Origin: Octopus bimaculoides
Taxonomy: Eukaryota
Direction: 5' to 3'
NCBI RefSeq assembly: GCF_001194135.2
Contig: NC_068981.1
Coordinates: 146,761,392-146,825,391 of the forward strand
DNA length: 64,000 nucleotides
In this document: positions 52,900-64,000 of the stretch, one piece after another
Layout: every line of letters begins with the position of its first letter
How positions within the stretch are numbered: the stretch's first letter is position 1
Notes under the pieces: generated by a model
Told to the model about the DNA's origin: nothing
The model's input: the letters and a program-made list of their open reading frames with translations, nothing else
Databases searched by the model: none
Made by a program: the position numbers and the translations under genes

Positions 52900-53700
52900 G
52901 TGTGTATGTGTGGGTATGTGCATGCAAGCAAGTCTGTGTGTGTAATAGCATGTGTGTGCGTGTATGTGTTGTGTGTGTGGTGTTTGCTGTTTATATGTGT
53001 ATGTGTGAGTGAACTGTGTCTCTTAATGTTGTAGGAAGAATTCAGCAGCATGGTAACAGGAGTGGTGGTCGTTTGTGTAGTTGTGTGTTNNNNNNNNNNA
53101 TGGTAACAGGAGTGGTGGTCGTTTGTGTAGTTGTGTGTTTCTTCACATGTGCATAGAGGAATGGTCAGTAGAAAGGTGTGTGGCTGGTAGTTTGAAGTGT
53201 GTGCATGTGTATGTATGTGTGCATGTGTGTGCATTTATGTGCATGTGCATGTGTGTGTATGTGCATGGGTTGTGTGTGTGGTTCTGCGTGGAGTTCTGTA
53301 TGGAGTTATATGTGTGTTCCTGTGTGTGAGTGTGAATGCGTGTGTGTGTGCATGTATGTGTGTGTGTATGTGCATAATTATGTGTGTGTGTATGTATGAG
53401 TGTGTGTTGTGTGTGTGGAAGGTATATGTGTGTGTATGTGCATATGTATTTGTGTGTGTACGTGGGGCTGTGTGTGTGGTGCATGTATGTGCATGTGTGT
53501 ATGTGGAGGTATATGTGCATTCATGTGTGCATGTGCATATATGTGTATATGTATGCAAGTGTGTGCACGTGTGCATGTATGAGCATGTGTGTATGTGAAT
53601 GTGTGCATGAGGTTGTGTGTGTGTGTGTGTGCATGTATGTGTGTATGTGTATGTATATATATATATATGTGTGTGTATGTATGTGTGCAGGTATGCAGAA
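52900..53700. repeat. Degenerate (TG)n-rich low-complexity tract. (CA)n, (TA)n and (ATC)n microsatellites occur throughout the window, often at assembly gaps
   Basis: Direct inspection. These tracts explain the many HT/VC/YI-repeat ORFs in the track. Confidence 0.95.
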
Positions 53701-55517
53701 ATAAAATGAAATAAAATATAATAAAATAAGACTCATAAAATATAGGGAGAAAAAGGGGGAAAGTACAAGATGAAAAAATAAAATTAATGAATAAAAATTG
53801 AATAAAAATATGCAAAAAATACCAGATACAAGATAAAAATAAAAGATTAAAAAAATTTTAATTAAAGGGATAATATAGAAATTAATACAATTATAACAAA
53901 AAATTATAAAAAAATTAAAAAAGATAAAACGATAAAAAATCGAAAAAAAGAATAACTGTAAAACAAATGAGTGAATATAAGAGAGGATAAAATAAGATAG
54001 AAAGTTGCTTTTTAAGGAGGGTATAGAGACAGTCGTTAAGAGGAAGGTTTTGTGTTGTGTCGAAAAGGAGTTTGTGCTTGTAGACTGAAAATGTAATGCT
54101 GTTCCAGGAGGGGTTTGGAGTGTGTGGATCCGTTGTGCAGGGCGAGGCCAAAAACAGAGATATTAGAGGTGGAGTGGATGGCCAAGCGGAAATGACAGGC
54201 AACGTGGGTGTACAGTAATAAACTAATTTAAATAGTTATAGGCTCTTCCATTAAGATAATTAAAATTTGAGAAGAATAATAGTGGTCTGGATCAGCAGGG
54301 GTCTATAGGATAAAAATACAGGCATGTTAGATTGCCATAAAAAGAGAAAATACATTAAGTTTCAATTTACCCATTACATTTCCTAAAACATTACGCATTT
54401 CCTCTTTTTACTTCAAACTCCTATGAGGTAATAGACTCTGTAATAAACATTGCCAGACATCCTTAAATAAAGTACCTAATATTTCTCTTTTCTTGTGTTA
54501 TAATATGTAGCTGGAAGAGAAAGGACAGTGATTGGTGATGATGCCTTACTGTACTCAACAGAATTGAGATCCTGAAAGCCAAGGTGCCACAAAAGAAGTA
54601 TTGATGTAGGTGCTGGTGCCACATAAAAAACACTAATAATGGTAAGACATAAAAAGTACCCAGAAAACTCTGTAAAGTGGTTGGCATTAGGAAGACCATC
54701 CAACCATAGAAACCAAGCCAAAACAGACTAATAAACCTGATGCAGCCCATGCCCTTGTCCAGTCCTATCAAGCTGTCCAACCCATATCAGCAAAGAAAAA
54801 GGACATTAAATGATGATGTTGATGATGATGGCCAATGAATTTGATGTTCAACTAGAACTTCTGTTGGCTGATGTTGGTGAAGGAAACATCACTCATCCAG
54901 TTTAAGATGACTTTTGTTGATAGGAAATGCAACAACATTCCTTTCACAGAAGTTCTGAAGAGTAAAAGACTGTTGGTGAATGAAATAGATAAGCAAAGAT
55001 CTGATAGATCTGATTCTAAGAAACTGTAGTGTTTTTTTTTTTAAGAGTCTATTTTGGAGGAAGAACCTTTTCAGGCTATTCGAAACTTGTGAGGTTTGGA
55101 TGCAATCGATGTTGATCATGAATGTCTATGAAGTAATTGATCTAGTTGGTTGAAAGGGGAAAAAAAACTCAAGAGGATAAACAAGATGACTGTTTACAAT
55201 TTATCAATCTAACTGAAAATGCTGTTCTCATCTCATGATTGAGTACTTAACAGCTTAACATGAAAAAGAAGATGCCAGTTCCAATGTTTTCTGAAAATAC
55301 CCAAAATTTCTAAAGGTACCCTAACAAAGCCACAGTTCAATGATTAAACAAGTAAAAGAGTAATTCTAGAATTTGCTGGCTTTCCAAGATAGATGTAAAA
55401 ATGTCTAGAGAATAAATAGAGAGAGAAAATAATCTTTTTTTTATCTTTAGATTTTTGCTAAAATTGAGAAGAAAATTACACTCTCTTGCCTTTGTCACAA
55501 ATAAGAGTAAGACTTAC

Positions 55518-55607
55518 TTGATCAAATCTGTTCACGTCATTTGACATAAGATTAACAATCTGACCAGTTGTTGTTTTGTTTAAAGACGCATTATCAAGAA
55601 TCAACAT
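55518..55607 (-). CDS. ABCC4: ABCC4-like exon 5 equivalent (90 nt; [30 protein letters not shown])
   Basis: Within ORF 55476..55799. Acceptor tttcag|ATG, donor CAA|gtaagt. Hallmark motif [14 protein letters not shown]. Confidence 0.96.
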
Positions 55608-55673
55608 CTGAAATATAATATAAGTGAATTTTGAAATGGTAATATTGACAATAAGCACCAATCTCTCTCTCTT

Positions 55674-55758
<85 letters not shown>

Positions 55759-56099
55759 AAACATGTGTGTAAGTACAAAAGGCATAAATTAATATTCATC
55801 AGAGAATATAGAATTTAATTCAATTTATGACAAAACAATTTATCACATATTTTTCCAAAATAATGATTCAATATAATAAATACAAATTATGAAAAATCAC
55901 ATTAAATATTTCTATCAGCAAGCATAAAAAACACTTCATTATACCTCTTCTTAATTGAAAAAAAGGACACTTTATAATCACTGATAGAGAAGTACAACAG
56001 ACTGTCACTCATGTAGACTGCATATGACCCAATAGAGCAGGTTGGAGGTGATCTATAAATTGTATTTGGCGATTTTAATTTTGATTTGTATTACTCCCA

Positions 56100-56570
56100 C
56101 ATAAATTTTGTTTTGTACTGTCTCTATTTAAGCTGGAATTTGAATTTGAAAAAGACAAGATGACTGATCACAGATGGAATGCTTTAAGAAGCTTGCTTCG
56201 CAACCACGTGGTTCCAGGTTCACAACTATAGCTGGAACCCAACGTGGATCTTGGTTTCTCCTTGGTCCAAAATACAGAGTATAGCATGAATCACCAACTT
56301 GAAACCGATTGGAAATTTTAAGTACATCTCTCTCGATAGTCCTTTTCAATTTGGATTGGGCTAAATGAACTGGAGATGGAAGCAAGATGTCAATCTTGGT
56401 GCATAATTGACAACTGTTGAGTAATTCACTCAGCAAGTAGCTACTAGCGATAGGTGTTCTCCTGAATTGCATCAAGAATTCCAGCAAAGTTTCTTTAGGT
56501 GTTTTGGAAGACTTTCGTAACACTTGCTTGAAAGTTTGAATCAAACACTCAGCAGCTCTGTTCATTGAAG
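56100..56570 (-). mobile_element. Gypsy (K02A2.6/Mag-like) integrase fragment
   Basis: ORF 56128..56565: NRAAECLIQTFKQVL...FLMQFRRTP...SELLNSCQLCTKIDILLP...FQVGD...PRWVPAIVV. Confidence 0.85.
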
Positions 56571-56714
56571 GGTGATAGGGAGCTCCAATTAGACGAACAA
56601 TACCCCAACTTATAACTTCAGTATAAACATAACTTACTCATAAACAAACAAAAGAAATTAATTAATTAATTAATCAATTAATTCAAAAAATCAAGCAAGG
56701 AATTTTGAAATTAC

Positions 56715-56930
56715 CTTTTTAAACATCAGAGAACAACAGGCAATGCGTATTTGCATTCCCAGTCGCTGGACATTAAAGAAGAAAATATGGTTGGTGAGAC
56801 AACCTAATAAAACACATATTACAACTCCCATTCCATAAAGATAAGCTTGCTGTGTAGTCATCTGGCTGTTGGGAGTGAAGTATGAAACCAACTTCCCTAA
56901 CAGCAGAGGTTGGATCACTTTACTAAATTC
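56715..56930 (-). CDS. ABCC4: ABCC4-like exon 4 equivalent (216 nt; EFSKVIQPLLLGKLVSYF...QRLGMQIRIACCSLMFKK), TM1-TM2
   Basis: Overlaps ORF 56691..56918. Acceptor ttttcag|GAA, donor AAG|gtaatt. Classic ABCC4/CFTR-type motifs QPLLLGK and GMQIRIACCSL. Confidence 0.95.
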
Positions 56931-58553
56931 CTGAAAAATAGAAAAGGATAAAAGATTATGTAGATTAACAGATATTAACAGCTTTTAGGTACCATATAAA
57001 TAATATACAAAAAAAAAATAATAATCATCATCGTCATCTTAACATCCACTTTTTTGGTATTGCATGAATCAGATGGAGTCTACTGAAGCAAATTTTCTAC
57101 ATCAGGATGCCCTTCCTGTCACCAACCCTCACATATTCCCAAGAAAGGCAGTATTCCCCTGTAGCCAAACATACTCTTGCAGAACATTGGGATTGAATGA
57201 CACTGTTTGTATGACAATGACATTTATTTACAATTACATGTGATGTCAAGACAAAGAGACAAACATAAACACACACATATATATTTCTTTGGAATTAGGT
57301 TTTTCCTTTTCCTGCAATGAGCATTGTGTTGGTGGGGGAGCTTAATTAGCCTGGATGAGCACTGCACCTTCATTGCCCTTAGAGTTGGAGCTGACATATG
57401 TGGGGAATAGATGTCGATATGGCAAACCCATCTGTTCAGAGGTTCTTTATGGACTTTTATGTCAACTATTATGACCTAACCCTAACCCAATTTGCTAACC
57501 ACACTAAAATAAATTTAACTATAGAATGAACCCAAACTACAGTAAATATCCCCATAATTCTGAAGCCACTTGGATTGTCCAGGGTAAATAGGACAAGGTT
57601 TGGTGCAGTTACCCTTTACATGTGAGCTACAGGAAGATACCTCATATAAGATGTCTCTGTTAGTGATGCTTTCACTCCATCCTAAATATTAACAAAGAGA
57701 TGAGTCTATTGTATTGGTAAGCAAAACAGAATAAGATCTTGAAATATCTTCATTTCCTGATGAATTATATCTATAAATTTGTGTCATTGGAAACATTCAG
57801 AGAAGCCAAGTTACTAACAATAAAGTTTTCCTTCATGTTGGCATTCCATCTTACCAAAGTGTCAGGTGATACACATGAAGCTGTTTGACTATACCAATAC
57901 TTTAACCTCAGCATCAACCATGGTATTATTGCGAGGGTTTTGAGTTGCCTCATAACCTTTTAGAGGGAAAATAGCAGTACTGTCTATTATGTATGTGGTT
58001 AAGGGAATGTGCATATCGTTTTTGGTTAATTTTTATTGCTATTGCTCCATTTACTTTCATAAACTATATTCTCAACGAATAAATAACTAAAGTCTATAAA
58101 AGTCTCTTTAATAGTAGCATGAGATTTTAATATATAAAATTACTATTACAGTTTTAAGTGAGAATCTTTTATACTGTGTTCTAAACACCAACTTGACACA
58201 CCAACAAATCATTTTCAAATTTCACCCATCTGTTTTTTAAGAAAAAGAAAGAATATGCCACCCCTCCCACCTTATCCAGATGCACAAAAAAAAAACATAT
58301 ACAAGAAAATAGTAGCAGCATCAATTGCTAGATTACTCTCAAACACCATGCTGGAATGAGTATTACCAACAATGAGTGCAAAGGTGCAGCAACTGTCATA
58401 ATTCATCTTGCTGACTTCTTTGTAGTAACCACCAAAACCAACAAGGAAGTATCTAAATACTAAAATGACCTGCAAGGAATAGTATGTAACGAACAACCTC
58501 TCAGATCATATCTATCATCTTACATACACAATGTCATACCTACCATCTTACAT

Positions 58554-58937
58554 GTTGTTGGCACTCTGTCGCTTACAACGTCGAGGGTTCCAGTTGATCC
58601 GATCAATGGAATAGCCTGCTCATGAAATTAACGTGCAAGTGGCTGAGCACTCCACAGACACGTGCACCCTTAACGTAGTTCTCGGAGATATTCAGTGTGA
58701 CACAGTGTGACAAGGCTGACCCTTTGAATTACAGGCACAACAGAAACAGGAAGTAAGAGTGAGAGAAAGTTGCGGTGAAAGAGTACAGCAGGGTTCGCTA
58801 CCATCCCCTGCCGGAGCCTCGTGGAGCATTAGGTGTTTTCGCTCAATAAACACTCACAACACCCGGTCTGGGAATCGAAACCACGACCCTATGACCGCGA
58901 GTCCACTGCCCTAAACACTGGGCCATTGCGCCTCCAC
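58554..58937 (-). mobile_element. tRNA-derived SINE, second copy, with 12-bp TSD
   Basis: Same family as 40759-41142. TSD accatcttacat / accattttacat. Older copies at ~8470-8750 and ~28520-28830. Confidence 0.9.
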
Positions 58938-59453
58938 ACCATTTTACATACACAATATCCAAAAACACAAGGTAGTCTTAGCTGGAATTCCTACAAACAA
59001 ATTCTGCTTAGTTAAAGACAACCAGGGGTTAAACAATAACAGGCATACAAACAAGCCAGCAAGAGGTCCTTCTCTTGTTTGAACAATCAGTCAACCTGCC
59101 AGAAACAGCAGCCAAATTACTCTCAGCTTATACCCTACTGTCTTGGCAAGGAAGAACATACCAGATAATGTAGTTTGGAAAATGATGGGACAGTCATGAC
59201 TGGAAAACCTTTGATCATAGGTCTACAAATTCAGAATTAATCAGAAAATAAATAACAACTATCATACAAAAATAAAGAATGAGCACTAAAAAAAAAATAA
59301 AAGCTACACTCTTAGATTGTCTGCATCACTACAATAATCCACAGTATGTCAGTATACTCAGTATAATCGTACACTTCGTGGAGGCAAGGATCATCTAGCA
59401 TAAATTATTTCTGGATTGCTCCTGGTTGTTCAACAAACTTCCTATGTCCGTTT

Positions 59454-59568
59454 GATCAGAAATCATTAGTGGGTGATCAGAGATCATTAGTGGGTGATCA
59501 GAGATCATTAGTGGGTGATTAGAGATCATTAGTGGGTGATCAGAGATCATTAGTGGGTGATCAGAGAT
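59454..59568. repeat. 21-bp minisatellite, ~5.5 copies (gatcagagatcattagtgggt)
   Basis: Read directly from the sequence. Confidence 0.95.
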
Positions 59569-59767
59569 TAGTTAAACAACAACCAGTAAGAAAAAACGAT
59601 AGCAGTTTTACAAAATAGGTGCAGGCAATACATCTCCATGGCCAGACATGCTCTTGCAAAACATTATAAATGAATGACACTGCTTATGTGACAGTGAAAC
59701 TCATTTACAACAACTATCATATGATGTCAAGACTAGGGAACACATAATACTCACACACATACATATA

Positions 59768-60961
59768 TTAGGTTGTCTGGAAAGTTCTGAGCAGATTTTA
59801 ATATGCAAAAAGAGATATAAATAATTGACTTCTCAAATTTTATTCAATGAAATAAGTTCCATTATTATTAATGACCTTCGCCCATCTATTAGGCAATCTA
59901 GATATTCCATCAGCATAAAATTTGACTGGTTTTGAAGAAAAAAGTTATCTAGATGCATTTTGACTCCATCGAAATCATTAAATGTTTTTCCTTGCAAAAA
60001 CAAGTGGTAGTCAGATGATGCAATATCAGGAGAATATGATGGATGGGGTAAGAGATCCCAGCCAAGTTCATGTAACTTTCTTCAGGTAGTTAAAGGCACA
60101 CATGGTCAGGCATTGCCATGTTGGAACACTATCCCTTTCCTGTTAGCAATTTTCACCTTCCGTTCTTTGATTTTTCTTTTGGTTCAAATTAGCCAGTTGA
60201 CAATGGTACACATCAGAATTAATGATCTGGTTTTGTGGGAGAAGCTCATAATAAATAATGTCTTTATGATCCCACCAAACACAAAGCATAGATTTTTTGG
60301 CATGGATATTCGACTCTGGTTGCTGTCTTTTGGAAGACCTTTATGCAAATTCCAGTATCTTTTACGCACTGCATTTAAGTACACAATCTGTTTTTCATCT
60401 CCAATCACAAGTTGTTTCAAAAAAGCATGCTTTCATTCTATTTCAAAAGTATATCACAAATGGAATACCAGTCCAAGCAATTCTTTTTTGAGAGTTTGTG
60501 AGCGACCCATACATTATAGTGAGAAATGTATCCTAACTTCCAACTCCTCTGCAAGTTCTCTAGTCATGATATTTAAGTTTTCTTTGATTTTTGCCTTCAA
60601 AACATCTTTAGAAGGTTTTCCACTGTGACTCGTTTTCCAAGCTAAACTCTACAGCTATAAATTTTGCAAACCACCTTCAAACAGTTAATTCACCTACAAC
60701 ATCATAACCATACACTTCACAAATGTTTTTGCATGTCATCGCAGCATTTTCTCCATTTTTAAAAAAGGAAAGCATTACAATGTGAATATGAAATTTTTGG
60801 TTATCCATTTCAAATGTCAAATCTATTTTTAGTCAGGAACAAAGAGACACACTACCTCTTCAAGCAATGCCAAAGTTTTAACTGTGTTATGTTTCAGGTA
60901 TGTTCAATGAAGAGTTAAAAGAGTTAGTTTAAAAACACTTAGAGCTTTCCAGACAACCTAA
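59768..60961 (-). mobile_element. Near full-length decayed mariner element (~1.2 kb)
   Basis: TIRs ttaggttgtctggaaagttctgag / cttagagctttccagacaacctaa, flanked by TA. The transposase fragment LVIGDEKQIVYLNAVRKRYW resembles the mariner TGDEKW motif. Confidence 0.9.
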
Positions 60962-61317
60962 TACACACACACACACACACACACANNNNNNNNNNNNNNN
61001 NNNNNNNNNNNNNNNNNNNNNNNNNNNNNNNNNNNNNNNNNNNNNNNNNNNNNNNNNNNNNNNNNNNNNNNNNNNNNNNNNNNNNNNNNNNNNNNNNNNN
61101 NNNNNNNNNNNNNNNNNNNNNNNNNNNNNNNNNNNNNNNNNNNNNNNNNNNNNNNNNNNNNNNNNNNNNNNNNNNNNNNNNNNNNNNNNNNNNNNNNNNN
61201 NNNNNNNNNNNNNNNNNNNNNNNNNNNNNNNNNNNNNNNNNNNNNNNNNNNNNNNNNNNNNNNNNNNNNNNNNNNNNNNNNNNNNNNNNNNNNNNNNNNN
61301 NNNNNNNNNNNNNNNNN

Positions 61318-62313
61318 AACAGCCATGCTCCATGGCAGTGAAACATGGGCCGTGACTGTTGAAGACATGCGTAGGCTCGCAAGGAATGAAGCCAGTATGC
61401 TCCGATGGATGTGTAATGTCAGTGTGCATACTAGACAGAGTATTAGTACCTTGAGAGAAAAGTTGAACCTAAGAAGCATCAGTTGTGGTGTGCAAGAGAG
61501 ACAATTGTGCTGGTATGGTCATGTGGCGAGAATGGATGACGATAGCTGTGTGAAAAAGTACCACTCCCTAGCAGTTGAGAGAACCTGTGGAAGAGGTAGG
61601 CCCAGGAAGACCTAGGATGAGGTGGTGAGGCACGACCATTGAACATTGGGCTTCAATGAGGCAATGACTTCTGACCGAGACCTTTGGAAATACGTTGTGT
61701 GTGAGAAGACCCGGCAAGCCAAGTGAGACCTAAATCCGAGGCTTCTGCCAGGGGTGTAGCCAGCCCACTTATGCGTACCTTCCTTCATTGGACACAAAAC
61801 TCCACTTGCGAAGACCTATTGAGGCAAGTGAAATCGGAATCGAAATCAAACTAAATTCGACGACTGGCACCCATGCCAACGTCGTCTCCTTCATTGGACA
61901 AGAAACTCGGCTTGTGAAGACCTGTTGGGGCAAGCGAAAGCGAAATCGTGATGGCACCTGTGCCCAGCATCGCCTTCCTGGCACTTGTGCTGGTGGCATG
62001 TGTAAAGACATTCGAGTGAGATCGTTGCCAGTGCTGCTGGACTAGCTCCTATGCAGGACACGAAACTCAGCTTGTGCAGGTGGCATGTAAAATACACCAT
62101 TTTGAGCGTGGCTGTTGCCAGGACCACCTAACTGGCCTTCGTGCTGGTGGCACGTAAAAGCACCCACTACACTCTCAGAGTGGTTGGCGTTAGGAAAGGC
62201 ATCCAGGTGTAGAAACTCTGCCAAATCAGATTGGAGCCTTGTGTAGCCATCCGGTTCACCAGTCCTCAGTCAAATCGTCCAGCCCATGCTAGCATGGAAA
62301 GCGGATGTTAAAC

Positions 62314-62349
<36 letters not shown>

Positions 62350-62350
62350 A
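61318..62350 (+). mobile_element. RTE-clade LINE 3' end with ORF2 C-terminus, 3' UTR and (GAT)n tail
   Basis: ORF 61325..61615: LHGSETWAV...NEASMLRWMC...RQLCWYGHVARM...GRGRPRKT. The 3' UTR is shared with minus-strand copies at ~14630-14730, ~36320-36548 and ~44890-45350. Confidence 0.9.
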
Positions 62351-62762
62351 TATATNNNNNNNNNNNNNNNNNNNNNNNNNNNNNNNNNNNNNNNNNNNNN
62401 NNNNNNNNNNNNNNNNNNNNNNNNNNNNNNNNNNNNNNNNNNNNNNNNNNNNNNNNNNNNNNNNNNNNNNNNNNNNNNNNNNNNNNNNNNNNNNNNNNNN
62501 NNNNNNNNNNNNNNNNNNNNNNNNNNNNNNNNNNNNNNNNNNNNNNNNNNNNNNNNNNNNNNNNNNNNNNNNNNNNNNNNNNNNNNNNNNNNNNNNNNNN
62601 NNNNNNNNNNNNNNNNNNNNNNNNNNNNNNNNNNNNNNNNNNNNNNNNNNNNNATTAAAGTTAAAAATATATTCTTTTATTCTTTTACATATACATGAAT
62701 GTAAAAACTCATAGCCTGACATGATTACAATCTAGTAACAGGGAAAGTATATATATACTTAC

Positions 62763-62880
62763 ATCTAAGGAAACCACACACAGCCAGAGAAAATATTTTT
62801 TATATACAGTTCTAAAAATAGCCCAGCTTAAACTAGGTTTTCCTGAGTGCTTCAGTTTCAACATTTCTTTTTCCCATTCA
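62763..62880 (-). CDS. ABCC4: ABCC4/MRP4-like transporter, constitutive exon equivalent to human exon 3 (118 nt; EWEKEMLKLKHSGKPSLSWAIFRTVYKKYFLWLCVVSLD)
   Basis: Manual translation of the minus strand. Acceptor tttaacag|T, donor GAT|gtaagt. Resembles the remembered human MRP4 segment YWDKEV...KPSLTRAIIKCYWKSY. Ends in phase 0, in frame with the next exon. Not in the supplied ORF track. Confidence 0.9.
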
Positions 62881-63614
62881 CTGTTAAATAAACAAATGAA
62901 TAAATAAAATGATTAAATAAACAAATAAAATAATACTGAAAAACTTTACTGATAATACAAATAATAATTCTTTTGACTATGGACAAAAGGCTTGAAATTT
63001 TGGGGAAAGAGGTCAGTTGATTACAATGGGCCCCAATGCTCAGCTGATATTTATTTTACCGATGCCAAAAAGATTAAAGTTGACCTCAGCAGAATTTGAA
63101 CTCAGAATGTAAAGCCAGATGACATGTCACAAAGCATTTTGTCCTGCATGCTAACGATTCTGCCAGTTTCTCATCTTACAAATAAATGATACTCAATTAT
63201 AAACAATAATTTATAATAAATAATAATTTGTTAGAAAATCTTTATAAGAGATGAAAGTAGTAACTGTACTGAGAAGTAATGTTTATTGCCACTTCAACAT
63301 GGCTGTTGCATAAAAACCAATGATATTACCATTTTTAGCCCCAGAAGGACACCCCTCCAGCGAGTTAGTCGATGTAATCTGCACCCAATATATATTGCAA
63401 GCAGGGAAGTGAACTACCATCTAGCAACAACGACAACAATGGGACCACCAGGCAGTCTGGCTTCGAGCTATTTGTGCTGATCCTCAGTGGTGGACACCCA
63501 TCAGCTAGAAATAGCACTAGTTCACTCCAGCTTGCAATATATAGAAAAATAAGTGGCACACAGTCACTGATTTTTGAACAAGCAAAGTAGTTAGAATATC
63601 TCTGTTATATGGAC

Positions 63615-64000
63615 TGTTGGATATGTTATTCGTATGACGTTCCGTGTGTCACAGTGGTTCATCTGAGTTCATTGTTTCATTGTTGGTGTCTTGTGTGACT
63701 GTCGTAGTAAAATGTCATTAATAGATATGGCGGACATGACTTTTGTTTATTAACACAGCGAACATTGGCTGAGTGTGTTCTTTGTATGTAATTGAATAAT
63801 AAATGTAATAGTTAAATTGTACAACTCGTTGTCTTTTCTCTGCGAGTCTCCCGAGGGAAATACAACAGAGTTTATTGGCGTCGCCGATAGGATTACATGC
63901 TTACTTTACCGTAAAATTATTCATCGTAATAACAATGGCTGAAAAACAGACAGTAGAACTTATTAAATTGTTTAGGGAACAAATGGAAAAGCAAATGCAA
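63615..64000 (+). mobile_element. 5' end of an LTR retrotransposon: LTR (~63615-63867), PBS (63876-63894), gag start at 63935
   Basis: tgtt...aaca LTR ends with an internal aataaa. PBS tggcgtcgccgataggatt resembles a tRNA-Ser 3' complement. ATG-initiated frame MAEKQTVELIKLFREQMEKQMQ is open to the window edge. Confidence 0.75.

Noticed and set aside
53049-53140. Exact 40-bp direct repeat on both sides of a 10-N gap
   Set aside because: Typical unmerged contig overlap, an assembly artefact.
58272-58470. Acceptor-like ccttgcag followed by a 65-codon minus-strand frame between exons 3 and 4
   Set aside because: Not ABCC-like, ends in a stop, and exons 3 and 4 already join in frame.
59454-59568. 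Regular repeat considered as a CRISPR-like array
   Set aside because: No spacers. It is a plain tandem repeat in a eukaryotic intron.

Overview
AT-rich, gapped, microsatellite- and TE-dense animal genomic DNA. The SINE/RTE repertoire looks like an Octopus-type cephalopod (inferred from repeat families, not verified). The window lies inside one minus-strand ABCC4/MRP4-like ABC transporter gene. By hand I recovered five constitutive exons matching human ABCC4 exons 3-7: 62763-62880, 56715-56930, 55518-55607, 47581-47744 and 43758-43883. All have AG/GT boundaries and join in frame. The key observation is that the next exon (equivalent to human exon 8, TM5-TM6, substrate pocket) is present as at least four tandem, intact, diverged copies: 27739-27985, 19782-20028, 14120-14366 and 59-305. 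Each is exactly 247 nt, with the same phases, no in-frame stop, and the pattern xELH...P...S..RIQ. There is also a truncated fifth acceptor remnant (20506-20566) and a possible decayed sixth. This is the architecture of a mutually exclusive exon cluster, apparently parallel to the Drosophila dMRP exon clusters. Joining any two copies creates TGA at the second codon of the downstream copy. The rest of the window is intronic: LINE (RTE, CR1/Jockey-like), Penelope, mariner, Tc1-like, hAT and Gypsy relics, tRNA-derived SINEs, MITE hairpins and simple repeats. Exons 1-2 and 9 onward were not found, and the cluster may continue to the left of position 1.
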